The position numbers and the translations under genes are program-made. Positions 18,446 to 27,314 of a stretch of DNA of 32,000 bases are shown here, in pieces (within the stretch, counting starts at the first letter, position 1; every line of letters begins with the position of its first letter). The notes beneath the pieces are model-generated. The model saw only the letters and a list, made by a program, of their open reading frames with translations, made no database searches and was not told the DNA's origin. The DNA is from Telmatobacter bradus (GTDB lineage: Bacteria > Acidobacteriota > Terriglobia > Terriglobales > Acidobacteriaceae). The stretch is taken from assembly GCF_048629425.1 (NCBI RefSeq), contig NZ_CP184532.1, forward strand, positions 413,398-445,397. The letters run 5' to 3'.

Positions 18446-19386
18446 GCCGCCGCGGGTGCCTCCATGTACGCAGACATACGGGAGAGGATGTCATCGACCG
18501 TTGGAGCGTCTGGCGCCTCCTCCGGCACGCTGGCTTCGCGATCACGCAGAACGCTATCGATCTCAGCGACAATCTCCGCGGCATCGTTTGCCGTTGCCAC
18601 GCGCAGCAGGTCGTGCTTCTTGAGGTCCTGCGCCGTAAAGCCGCACAGCCGCTGCCTGATCTGATCGGCGAACCGGTTCAGATCTGCGTCACCATTCACG
18701 TTCAGGCGCGGCAGCAACTCCACCAGATCGAAGACATTTGTGACCATCGTCGCGTGGAAGCGGGACTCCGGCTCATTCAAGCGGTCCACCATGTGCGAAA
18801 CCACATCCCTGAGCCGCTTCCACAAATCTTCGGTGCCGCGCGTCAGAGATTCCCGAACATTGGCGTCGATCTCGCGGGCGACACGCGCCTGCTCTTCGGC
18901 CGACATCTGTACGCGAAAGTCGTTGCCAGTCGGGATAGGCAAGATCTCCAGCTTCACGCCGAACTTCTTGCCCAGTTTGTCGGCGGCGGGATAGTCTTCC
19001 TCACGAAACAGGCCGTTCAGCTCCGGACGCACCTGCTCGATGTACTGCGGATAGACCTGAAGGAAGCTCTCCACGCCTTGCTCAAAGCTGGCCTCGAACT
19101 CGCGCATCCTAGCAGTCAAATCGAAATAGAGATTCGACGGTAACAGGCGAAAGCCCTCATCGGACCACGGCAACGTGATCTTGTAGAAGTACTGGCGCAC
19201 CTGCCCAGCCAGCGTGCGCAGTTCATCGAGTTTGTCGGCGCCACGCAGCAACTGCTTGTTGTAGCGGCCCGCGCCCTGGTGCGCTCCGTGTTGGTCGGCA
19301 ACGTCGCGGCTGATCTTGCGGTCGTGTTTGATGGCCGTCCAAATGCTGATATGGACGGCGGCGAGCATTGCGCGTTCAGTAATCAT
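18442..19386 (-). CDS. DUF3150-like protein
   Basis: 314 aa, helical, between MoxR ATPase and VWA gene with 4-nt overlaps on both sides; family call from gene context and general sequence character. Confidence 0.5.
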   Translation of the reverse strand: MITERAMLAAVHISIWTAIKHDRKISRDVADQHGAHQGAGRYNKQLLRGADKLDELRTLAGQVRQYFYKITLPWSDEGFRLLPSNLYFDLTARMREFEASFEQGVESFLQVYPQYIEQVRPELNGLFREEDYPAADKLGKKFGVKLEILPIPTGNDFRVQMSAEEQARVAREIDANVRESLTRGTEDLWKRLRDVVSHMVDRLNEPESRFHATMVTNVFDLVELLPRLNVNGDADLNRFADQIRQRLCGFTAQDLKKHDLLRVATANDAAEIVAEIDSVLRDREASVPEEAPDAPTVDDILSRMSAYMEAPAAA

Positions 19387-20393
19387 CGAACTACCTCCCT
19401 ATGTTCCACTCCGAAGCGAACGAAATCCGGCGTGTGGGTGATGGCGGTGTCCCGCGCCGCAGCATCGCGCATCGCCATGACGCGCATTTCGGTCGGCATA
19501 CGGTTCAGATACTTGAGTCCTCTGGCCACCGAGTTGTCAGTCATGGCCCGGCCAAGTGCCGTCGCAATTGCGATCTGCGCCGAGGTCTCCGCCGGGAGGG
19601 GAGCCGTCTCCGGGTTGAGCAGAATTTCGTCGATTGACGGCAACTGCCGAAAGAGCCGCAAGAATGCAATCAACTCCGCCGCCGCCGCAGGCCCTACCGT
19701 TCCGTCGAGCAACTGCGCCTCGAACTCGCTCGCGCCAGAAAGGAAGGTAGTCTTCTGCCGGTTCGCAATGCCGCGTAGAACATTGGAGGCCATCTCCCAG
19801 GATCGGGGAGTGGGCCAGGCATTGGCGTCCGAGGTCGCATCGGCGGTATGCAGCAGGTCAGGCTTGAAGCGGAGAAACGCGATAATCTCCGGCCGCACGC
19901 CCGCGCCCACGGCCCATTTGCACCAGTCGTTGAGGTCTGCTTCGAGGTCAAGATGAACAAACCGATTCCGCAACGGACGCGGCATCGAGAAATGCACACC
20001 CCGCTCCGAGGCCGGATTGCCGGCGGCAATAACTACCCAGCCGTCAGGCAAAACGTACTCTCCGAGTTTGCGGTCGAGCACCAGCTGGTAGCAGCCGGCC
20101 TGCGTCATCTGCGGAGCCGAGGTCAGCTCGTCGAGAAACAGAATGCCTTTCCCGGCGGTGGGAAGAAACTTGGGTGGCACCCACTCGGTCTGGTCCTCTT
20201 TGATGCGCGGCAGCCCGCGCAGATCGACCGGATCGAGTTGCACGGCGCGAACGTCAAGAAAATCAAAGTCGAGATCGTCCGCAACTTGTGCGACAATCTG
20301 CGACTTGCCAACGCCGCACGCGCCCCAGATATGCAGAGGCACACGTTCGCCGATCAGCGCATGAAGCGCCTCGTAAAGCTTGGATGGTTTCAT
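19383..20393 (-). CDS. MoxR-family AAA+ ATPase
   Basis: LHIWGACGVGKSQIVAQVA (Walker A), KGILFLDELTSAPQMTQAGCYQLVLDRKLGEYVLPDGWVVIAAGNPASERGVHFSMPRPLRNRF. Confidence 0.9.
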   Translation of the reverse strand: MKPSKLYEALHALIGERVPLHIWGACGVGKSQIVAQVADDLDFDFLDVRAVQLDPVDLRGLPRIKEDQTEWVPPKFLPTAGKGILFLDELTSAPQMTQAGCYQLVLDRKLGEYVLPDGWVVIAAGNPASERGVHFSMPRPLRNRFVHLDLEADLNDWCKWAVGAGVRPEIIAFLRFKPDLLHTADATSDANAWPTPRSWEMASNVLRGIANRQKTTFLSGASEFEAQLLDGTVGPAAAAELIAFLRLFRQLPSIDEILLNPETAPLPAETSAQIAIATALGRAMTDNSVARGLKYLNRMPTEMRVMAMRDAAARDTAITHTPDFVRFGVEHREVVR

Positions 20394-20526
20394 TTTGATA
20401 TACCTCTGGCGGAATACTGGTTGGGTGTGAAGAATGGCTGGTCGGCCCTCGATTTGGGGATGCGTTCGATTGCCGTGTTGGCCGCTTTGGGGCGGAGCAG
20501 CGACGACGATATAAACTGATTCCTGA

Positions 20527-20796
20527 ATGAATTCATCAAGGGATCAGCAAGTCGAGGCGCTTCAGGCCGCGCTCAAGACGGCCCGTGAGAACGAGAACAG
20601 GTGGATGGAAATCTCCGCCGACTTCTCCACTGACCCTGAACGAATGGAGCAGTGGTCCAGCACCGCGAAACTCAGGCGGCTCGAAGTCGAGCGGATCGAG
20701 GCGCTCATTGTCGGTGCGTCGGAGCCTACTGGCTTGGCGCAACCGGTGCGCAGTGAGACGATTGAAGCGAAAAATAGATTGGGAGAGACAGCATGA
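20527..20796 (+). CDS. Hypothetical 89-aa protein
   Basis: Small ORF divergent from the MoxR operon and coupled (ATGA) to the next ORF. Confidence 0.5.
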   Translation: MNSSRDQQVEALQAALKTARENENRWMEISADFSTDPERMEQWSSTAKLRRLEVERIEALIVGASEPTGLAQPVRSETIEAKNRLGETA

Positions 20797-21035
20797 ACGA
20801 AGCGGAAATGAAAGCGGAGTTGGAGCGCCTGCGGGCAGAAAACGAAAAGCTCAAGAGCAAGGATTCAGCAGGGTTGAGTCTCAAGGTCAGCGAAAAAGGC
20901 GCCGTATCCCTCTACGGAATGGGGCGTTTCCCCGTCACTCTTTACAAGGAACAGTGGCTTCGCATACTTGCCAGCGCTCCTGTGATCGAAGCGTTTATCC
21001 GCGAAAACGACAGCAAGCTCAAGACCAAGGAGTAG
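20793..21035 (+). CDS. Hypothetical 80-aa protein, SLKVSEKGAVSLYGMGRFPVTLYKEQWLRIL family
   Basis: Conserved-looking core plus N-terminal coiled-coil AEMKAELERLRAENEKLK; 4-nt overlap with upstream ORF. Confidence 0.65.
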   Translation: MNEAEMKAELERLRAENEKLKSKDSAGLSLKVSEKGAVSLYGMGRFPVTLYKEQWLRILASAPVIEAFIRENDSKLKTKE

Positions 21036-21295
21036 CGACGTCCACATCATTCTTTTGAGCCGCATCCCGAGTGGTAAGGCGATTTTGCATCATTCCAGTA
21101 CTTCTTCAGGCCACGTGGGCGTTTGCGTGCATTTGCCTATGCGACGCCACAAACGAAGTAACAGGCTTCACTTCATTCCGCGAGCAATGGCCGGCGCTTG
21201 ATGCGACCGGTCGCATTTGACCTTCATTTCCATCTTCTCTTGATGTGTGTTACCGATGAGCGCGGCGTGCTATTAAATAACAGCGGGCCTGACTC

Positions 21296-22276
21296 CTAAA
21301 CCGTGACCAGCTCGTATTCGTCTCTGCCCATCTTCATCTCTTTCATGTAGGAGAGCTGCCGAAGGCCGTGACGAGATTCAATGCGTTCCTTGAGGTCATG
21401 AAGTTCAGCTTCAGGCAGCTTGTACACCATGTCGATGGAAGCTTGGTCCACCGCCAGGATGTCGGTGGAAGCCAGAATGCCGAGGTTGTGTGCCTTCGTC
21501 GGCGCTGCGCTGACGCCTAAGCAGTCGCAGTCCACGGACATATTGCGCAGCACATTGATGTAGACGATTCTGTTGCCGAAATGATTGATCGTGGCTTTTG
21601 CCGACTCCACCATGTTTTCCATGAACGGCTCACCCGTCAACCACTTCGAAATGTCTTCATCATCCGGTGCGGCATGCACCATTTTCTTGCCGATTGCCCC
21701 GTCTGCGCAGCCGATGGCGATGTTCTTCAGCGAACCACCGAACCCGCCCATCGGATGCCCCTTGAAGTGAGTGAGCACCACCATTGAGTCGTAGTTCAAC
21801 ATATGTTTGCCGACCGACATCTCTTTGAAATGCTTTCCGCCTTCAACGGGAATCATCACCGCTCCGTCCTCGTCCATAATGTCGACCGGACAGAAATCCC
21901 AGCCATTGATCTTGAGCGTCTCGCGGTGTTCGGCCGTCGTGTTGCGCTGGCCCTTGTAAAACGTGTTGGTTTCGACCAGACAGCTATTGGGAATGTGCTG
22001 CTGCAAGGCTCTTACCATTTCGCGAGGGACAATATTGGGGCCGTGCGGTTCGCCGGTATGCAGCTTGATCGCGACCTTGCCGCCGATTGTTGCATTGATC
22101 TTCAAATAGACTCTAAGCAGCCCATCGCCACTGAGGTCCCGAGTAAAGTAAACGTGCGATTTGTTTCCTTGCGTGGCGGCAAGAGCGGTTGTGGTGCCGA
22201 GATGGCCTGCGGTCGCGTGGCCCGCCGCAAGGGCGCTTCCCTTCGGAAATGTTCGGACTTCAATTTTGTCTGTCAT
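21296..22276 (-). CDS. DUF362-family protein
   Basis: VVLTHFKGHPMGGFGGSLKNIAIGCADGAIGKKMVHA, NSCLVETNTFYKGQRNTTAEHRE, YINVLRNMSVDCDCLGVSAAPTKAHNLGILASTDILAVDQASIDMVY. Confidence 0.85.
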   Translation of the reverse strand: MTDKIEVRTFPKGSALAAGHATAGHLGTTTALAATQGNKSHVYFTRDLSGDGLLRVYLKINATIGGKVAIKLHTGEPHGPNIVPREMVRALQQHIPNSCLVETNTFYKGQRNTTAEHRETLKINGWDFCPVDIMDEDGAVMIPVEGGKHFKEMSVGKHMLNYDSMVVLTHFKGHPMGGFGGSLKNIAIGCADGAIGKKMVHAAPDDEDISKWLTGEPFMENMVESAKATINHFGNRIVYINVLRNMSVDCDCLGVSAAPTKAHNLGILASTDILAVDQASIDMVYKLPEAELHDLKERIESRHGLRQLSYMKEMKMGRDEYELVTV

Positions 22277-22466
22277 GCTTGCCCCATCGTCAACCGCCAA
22301 TAATACGGACCATTGACACAGTCGTATCCGGCAGTTCCTGAATCAGGCTAGACCTTCGGCAAACAGCATACTGTGCAGATGGGGACACTCTACGAGCGCA
22401 ATCCGCCAAACCCAACGAAATCAAGGAATCCGTTTATCTTTGGGCGACGATGAGGCTTGCTTTCCT

Positions 22467-22758
22467 CTATTTGAGAGCAAGGTCGCCGAACCAATAGACT
22501 GCCGTCACGCCACCATCCAAAAGGATGTCGCTGCCGGTGATGAAGGCGCCGTCAGGACCCATGAGGAGTGCCCCAACAGACCCAACCTCATCTGGAGTGC
22601 CTGCGCGTCCAGCCGCAGATACCTCAAGCATGCGCCGATAGCTTGGGCCGAGCGGCCCCTTCAACTCATCGTTCGCGAGCGGAGTGATGATGATGCCGGG
22701 GCTAATCGTGTTGACCCGGGTGTCCGCGCTTTCCCCAACGGACTGCCTCGGTCACCCA
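22467..22758 (-). pseudogene. SDR-family oxidoreductase, C-terminal remnant
   Basis: ADTRVNTISPGIIITPLANDELKGPLGPSYRRMLEVSAAGRAGTPDEVGSVGALLMGPDGAFITGSDILLDGGV; frame broken upstream, no Rossmann N-terminus found. Confidence 0.75.
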
Positions 22759-23130
22759 TGCGCGACATCAAGGCGCGCCATCTGGTCGAAGTCGAACAAA
22801 ACCGAAACTAGATCAACGGTTAACAGCCCATTGCGCGCAATGAGAACTCTATCGGTCGTCCGCACCGGTCTCGGTTCGGTGGCGGTTCAGCAACGATCCA
22901 CAATTGGAAGAGCGCACGGTGGTGCGTCCCTTTAGGGCGTGCCCTCCAGTTCTTCAGTTCCTTCCATTGGCTGGCCTCGTTGATCTCTGCAGATCCGAGG
23001 TCTTCTTCTGGCTCGGTCGGTACGGCATTGAGTGCGACAGTTGGTAGTAGCCACACATGCATGCCCCTATTCCCACTCAGATTCGTCAAGGCTTAGCTTC
23101 GCTCGGGCCGTTGTGTGGTTTGGTTCTTGC

Positions 23131-23970
23131 TTAGTGACTCGCTGTCTGGCGCACCACCTCTTCCATCTTGCCCATCAGCGAACTCATCTGATGCGACAGC
23201 GACTGAATCTCAGCCTCTGCGCGCCGGTTCACCTGGAAATCCAACTCACTCCGCACGCGGTCCTTCACGTCCTGGCGGTTCTGGCTCATCATAATCACCG
23301 GAGCCTGAATTGCAGCCAGCATCGACAGAAACAGGTTCAGCAGAATAAATGGATATGGGTCCCACGCCCGGTTGTGAAGCACCACATTCATCGACGAATA
23401 CACCACGAGAATAACCGCAAAAAGGATGATGAACGACCAAGAGCCACCAAAGCGCGCCACAGAGTCCGCTAGACGCTCACCAAAGGTGGACTCTTCCTCG
23501 ATGACTTCGTTGGGGTTGCGGCAGATCCGGCTCCGCACCAGATTTTGCGAGGCATGGAGCTGCCGCGCCTGCATGGTCAGCATGTCCATGCCTGCCATCG
23601 GCATATGCATCACCAACTCGATAATGTCATCGCGCCCAACCTCCAGGCAGACCGTCTCTTCTATCGCCATCGCCGTCGACTGGTGCTCGGACTGCTGAAG
23701 CATCGATGCAAAGCCGAAGAACTCCCCGTGCACCGGCTCCTCAACCACTACTTCCTGCTGGTCTTCGTCCGTCATGGCCACTTGCGCTTTGCCCGACATC
23801 ACCACGTAACCATGATCCGCGGGGTCCCCGGCCTGGAAGATGCGCTCGCGTGGCGCAAATCGTTTGATCTCCACCTGCGCCGCCAGAACTTCAACTTCAT
23901 CGTCGTCCAGAAGTTCGAAAAGAGGAACGTGTCGCAACTCGTCGGGATTGCATGGCATGGCTTGCCTCAT
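23131..23970 (-). CDS. Cyclic nucleotide-binding domain + DUF1003 membrane protein
   Basis: CNMP-like FELLDDDEVEVLAAQVEIKRFAPRERIFQAGDPADHGYVVMSGKAQV; DUF1003 GSWSFIILFAVILVVYSSMNVVL...WDPYPFILLNLFLSMLAAIQAPVIMMSQNRQ. Confidence 0.87.
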   Translation of the reverse strand: MRQAMPCNPDELRHVPLFELLDDDEVEVLAAQVEIKRFAPRERIFQAGDPADHGYVVMSGKAQVAMTDEDQQEVVVEEPVHGEFFGFASMLQQSEHQSTAMAIEETVCLEVGRDDIIELVMHMPMAGMDMLTMQARQLHASQNLVRSRICRNPNEVIEEESTFGERLADSVARFGGSWSFIILFAVILVVYSSMNVVLHNRAWDPYPFILLNLFLSMLAAIQAPVIMMSQNRQDVKDRVRSELDFQVNRRAEAEIQSLSHQMSSLMGKMEEVVRQTASH

Positions 23971-24096
23971 TCATGACCTGGATTAGGTCGGCTGCGTCTG
24001 GTCGTGGGTGACAATATTAGACCTGACAATCAACCGTTACCTCAATCATCATGATATGCGCTTGACGATTCTGTGAAGAATTGGGAAATGGATATC

Positions 24097-24390
24097 TCAG
24101 GCCACGTCATCCAGTTCTTCGGTCTCTTCGATTGGCTCATCGTCGTCAACCTCCGCAAACCCGGGTTCTTCGTCCGATTCTGCAGGCGCGACGGTGGTTG
24201 TGGCAGCCGGTGCTGGCATATCGAATAGGCTTGCGGGCTTCTGGGGTGCGGACTTCGATGGCTCAGTGGACTTGGCTGTCGGAGAATACTGAGTGACTTC
24301 TGTATTCGGCTGCGTTGTCTTGGTCGGCGTCTTCGACTTTGTGCGCGCCTCGGCCTGGGCATCCTTGGAAGCCGCATCCATCTCGGCCAT
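24097..24390 (-). pseudogene. Partial duplicate of the PRTRC system protein E gene (3' part)
   Basis: MDAASKDAQAEARTKSKTPTKTTQPNTEVTQYSPTAKSTEPSKSAPQKPASLFDMPAPAA...EEPGFAEVDDDEPIEETEELDDVA closely matches the C-terminus of 26379-26915. Confidence 0.85.
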
Positions 24391-24437
24391 GGCCTCCTCC
24401 AGAATGTCCTCATCTGCAGATGGCAGTCAACGAGACT

Positions 24438-24530
24438 GACCGCTTTTGGGAGCAACAACGACAACAATATAAATTAATTTCTGAATAGATTCGTCAAGAG
24501 ATCAGCAAATCAGGGCGTTTCAGGTCTCGG
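24438..24530. repeat. Diverged copy of 20479-20571 (MoxR / 89-aa ORF intergenic region)
   Basis: CCGCTTT...AGCA.CGAC.AC.ATATAAA.T.ATT.CTGAAT..ATTC.TCAAG.GATCAGCAA.TC..GGCG.TTCAGG shared in both places. Confidence 0.75.
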
Positions 24531-24887
24531 GACGGTGAAGAGCTCCACTCTTGGATTTCATAAAGAAATCTTGATGGAGCGGTCACTATTGACCAGACAG
24601 CCTCAATCCGCGGAGGAGATGATTTGAGGAAACAAGTGTGCATCTCTTGCACTCGGAGATGCACTTCTTGGCCCACGTACCACAGCGTCTGCGACTGGCT
24701 CAACAACTATTGCAAGCATCCACCACTACTCTCCATTCTCGCTTGCACCACAGCAGGAATGTCCGTTGTGGCTCTCACCCTTGCAATGTTTTCAGCGGCA
24801 GCAGAGTCCGGCGTTTGCGCGGCTCTGATCGTCACTTCTATTGGGTAGAAGTCTCAAGGGCGGGAAATAAAGGAGGATGCCAGCAAT

Positions 24888-25373
24888 ATGCTTGACCAAG
24901 TTAACTTTGTTCGCCACATTGCCCTGCTGGCTCCAATTCCAAAAGAGCACATTGATTTAGCACCCGTGAAATTTCACAAGGTGAATAGGGTGTCTTTCGG
25001 AAGCAGAAACAGTGATGTCTTTTTCAAACTAGACCAAGAACGTGATGGCAAACCTGTCGATGTCTATATCTATGAGTCCGACGAGAGCGGTCAATACGAT
25101 TTCAGGGTCTCATGGCACGCTCGTTTTCTACAAAGCGTAGCCGCGATTAACGGCGCACATCCCGACAAGATGGTGTATCGCCCGGACTCAACTGCCAAGT
25201 CCCCCGAAGACATCGAGGGTGAAGACTGGTTGCTCTTTTGGGAACTGGATTCGCTTGAAGAAATTGCTGAAGAAGACCGCGTTCACGTTGGCGCGTTCAC
25301 GCCCTTCGGAAAGAATGAGCCGTACGGTAATTCCTTCGTGCCGGTAGGGCCGATGCTGATTCAACATCCATGA
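24888..25373 (+). CDS. Hypothetical 161-aa protein
   Basis: Long ORF, balanced composition, preceded by GC-poor intergenic DNA; family not recognised. Confidence 0.6.
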   Translation: MLDQVNFVRHIALLAPIPKEHIDLAPVKFHKVNRVSFGSRNSDVFFKLDQERDGKPVDVYIYESDESGQYDFRVSWHARFLQSVAAINGAHPDKMVYRPDSTAKSPEDIEGEDWLLFWELDSLEEIAEEDRVHVGAFTPFGKNEPYGNSFVPVGPMLIQHP

Positions 25374-25501
25374 GTAGCATCATCCACATTCAGAGTTCAT
25401 TGCCTCCAAGCCAAACCGAATTGCTGCCTCCCAAAGTTTTAGCCACCCTTGACAGATGACCACCTTTTCGCCTCGTGTAGACTTGTAGCGGAGGATTTTG
25501 A

Positions 25502-25810
25502 ATGAGCACGAAACAACTACTGGCTGAAATCGAGCGCGGCATCAAAGCCTTACAGAAGGCACAGGCTTTGGTGTTGAAGGCTGAGGCTGTTGCACCGAAG
25601 GCTAAGGCGACCACGGCCAAGACAGCCCGCGCGAAGGCGGCCAAGGCAACTAAGGTACCAGCAAAGAAGGCCACAAAGGGCGGAATGAGCGATGAGGGTC
25701 GAGCCAAGATTGCCGCAGCTCAGCAGAAGCGTTGGGCGAAGGTCAAGCGGGAAAAGAACAAGGCCGCTAAGGCCGCAAAAGCCGCTCTGGCCGTCCCCGC
25801 AGTACTGTAG
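25502..25810 (+). CDS. Lys/Ala-rich, histone H1-like basic protein
   Basis: 102 aa with AK-rich repeats and SDEGRAKIAAAQQKRWAKVKREK segment. Confidence 0.65.
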   Translation: MSTKQLLAEIERGIKALQKAQALVLKAEAVAPKAKATTAKTARAKAAKATKVPAKKATKGGMSDEGRAKIAAAQQKRWAKVKREKNKAAKAAKAALAVPAVL

Positions 25811-26026
25811 CCCGCTCTCAACCAAAGACATAAAGGCTACAAGGCTATAGCTCTCAGAGCCTTTATGTTTATTGTGGAGGACTCGCTTGTTCGCTTTGGA
25901 CGCACATGGCCACGATGGTCAATCCAGCTCAGACCTCCGCACACCACGGAACTACAAACGTGATAGCACACAAAGCCTCAATCCAAGTTTTGATGTGTCA
26001 ACGTGCATGAAGCAGAGGACGATGAT

Positions 26027-26341
26027 ATGCCACAGTTCGGGTCACCTTTTTCGGAATTGGCGAACGGTAGAAAACTCACGGACGAAGAACTGATCAGAGC
26101 GATTCGGTTTATGGTCGCCTCCGAGTATGAAGCAACTCAGATGTATATGCAGCTTGCAGAGTCAACTGAAAACAAACTCGCCGTGGCGGTGCTCAAGGAC
26201 ATAGCGGACGAGGAGCGTGTACACGCAGGAGAGTTCTTGAAGCTGCTGTACACCCTTGCTCCTGATGAAGAGGCACTCTATGCCAAGGGTGCTGGAGAAG
26301 TAGCTGAAATCGCAAAATCGCAACTTCAGCATACAAAGTAG
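26027..26341 (+). CDS. Ferritin-like/rubrerythrin-type small protein (encapsulated-ferritin-like)
   Basis: ELIRAIRFMVASEYEATQMYMQLAESTENKLAVAVLKDIADEERVHAGEFLKLLYTLAPDEEALYAKGA retains E...ExxH ferritin-like signature. Confidence 0.75.
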   Translation: MPQFGSPFSELANGRKLTDEELIRAIRFMVASEYEATQMYMQLAESTENKLAVAVLKDIADEERVHAGEFLKLLYTLAPDEEALYAKGAGEVAEIAKSQLQHTK

Positions 26342-26378
26342 GTAGGTGAGTTCCTCTTCAAGAGAAGTATGGTGGTCG

Positions 26379-26915
26379 TTAGGCCGCGTCATCCAGTTCT
26401 TCGCTCTCATCGATTGGCTCATCGTCGTCAACCTCTGCAAATCCAAGTTCTTCTTCCGACTCGTTTTGCAAAGTTGTGTCTGTGGCCACTGGTGACGGCA
26501 TATCGAAGAGGCTTGCAGGCTTCTGTTGTGCGGGCTTCGCTGGCTCGGCGGGCTTGGCGGTCGGAACGTATTGAGTGACTTCCGTATTCGGCGGCGCTGT
26601 CTTGGTCGGCGTCTTGGACTTAGCGCGCGCCTCGGCCTGGGCAGCCTTGGAAGCAGCATCCATCTCGGCCTTGACCTTCTCCAGGGTGTTCTTCATCTGA
26701 AGATGGGAGCCGACAAAGCTGATGATGGTCGTGGACAACTCGGCGTCCAGATCTTCGGCAGTGCCGGTCACGCTGAGCGGGGTGGTGAGAGCATCATTGT
26801 CGCCGTCTTTGAGCTTCTTCGGCACAATGTTCACCCGAATCTGATCTGCATCAACCAGCGTGACCGTGAGCAAAACCGCGCGGTCACGTAGAACTGGAAC
26901 AAGTTCTTTGAACAT
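26379..26915 (-). CDS. PRTRC system protein E
   Basis: MFKELVPVLRDRAVLLTVTLVDADQIRVNIVPKKLKDGDNDALTTPLSVTGTAEDLDAEL... in PRTRC gene context. Confidence 0.8.
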   Translation of the reverse strand: MFKELVPVLRDRAVLLTVTLVDADQIRVNIVPKKLKDGDNDALTTPLSVTGTAEDLDAELSTTIISFVGSHLQMKNTLEKVKAEMDAASKAAQAEARAKSKTPTKTAPPNTEVTQYVPTAKPAEPAKPAQQKPASLFDMPSPVATDTTLQNESEEELGFAEVDDDEPIDESEELDDAA

Positions 26916-26929
26916 GATTACTTCTCCTC

Positions 26930-27265
26930 TCATGGGTTCCGATATGTGGTTGGTAGTCGCTTTCTCGTGGGCTTCTTGAGTTCCGGTTCATCCCACAGCA
27001 TGGTGTACTGCTGCCCCAAGGCTATGTTTTCGACAAAAGCCGCCGCGTCGTTTTTGCGCTGCCACAAAAGCCGATAGAGCGTATTGACGGCCGATTTCAT
27101 CATGGCCTTCATCTCCTCGTCGGAGATGTGGGATACAGCAGGATTTCCACTGCAAACCGTGCACGGTTTCCCTGCGTGCAAAGCTTCAATGGGGCCGTTG
27201 CGAAAGGCCAGTGCAACCATCGCTTTTGCTTCGATCGCAAGAGCATGGTCGAGAGTCACTTCCAT
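26930..27265 (-). CDS. Hypothetical 111-aa protein within PRTRC cassette
   Basis: MEVTLDHALAIEAKAMVALAFRNGPIEALHAGKPCTVCSG...SHISDEEMKAMMKSAVNTLYRLL; start preceded by GGAGG on the minus strand. Confidence 0.7.
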   Translation of the reverse strand: MEVTLDHALAIEAKAMVALAFRNGPIEALHAGKPCTVCSGNPAVSHISDEEMKAMMKSAVNTLYRLLWQRKNDAAAFVENIALGQQYTMLWDEPELKKPTRKRLPTTYRNP

Positions 27266-27314
27266 GGAGAGCCTCCGATACTCTCCAACATACATCCTCC
27301 ACGGGAATGACGCA

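Noticed and set aside
18424-19143. 239-aa plus-strand ORF
   Set aside because: Antisense to the coupled DUF3150-like gene; no recognisable motifs.
25502-25810. Lys/Ala-rich ORF as mere low-complexity noise
   Set aside because: Kept as a CDS: it has a non-repetitive N-terminus and a defined DEGRAKIAAAQQKRWAK block, but its opposite-strand ORF 25550..25831 was discarded.
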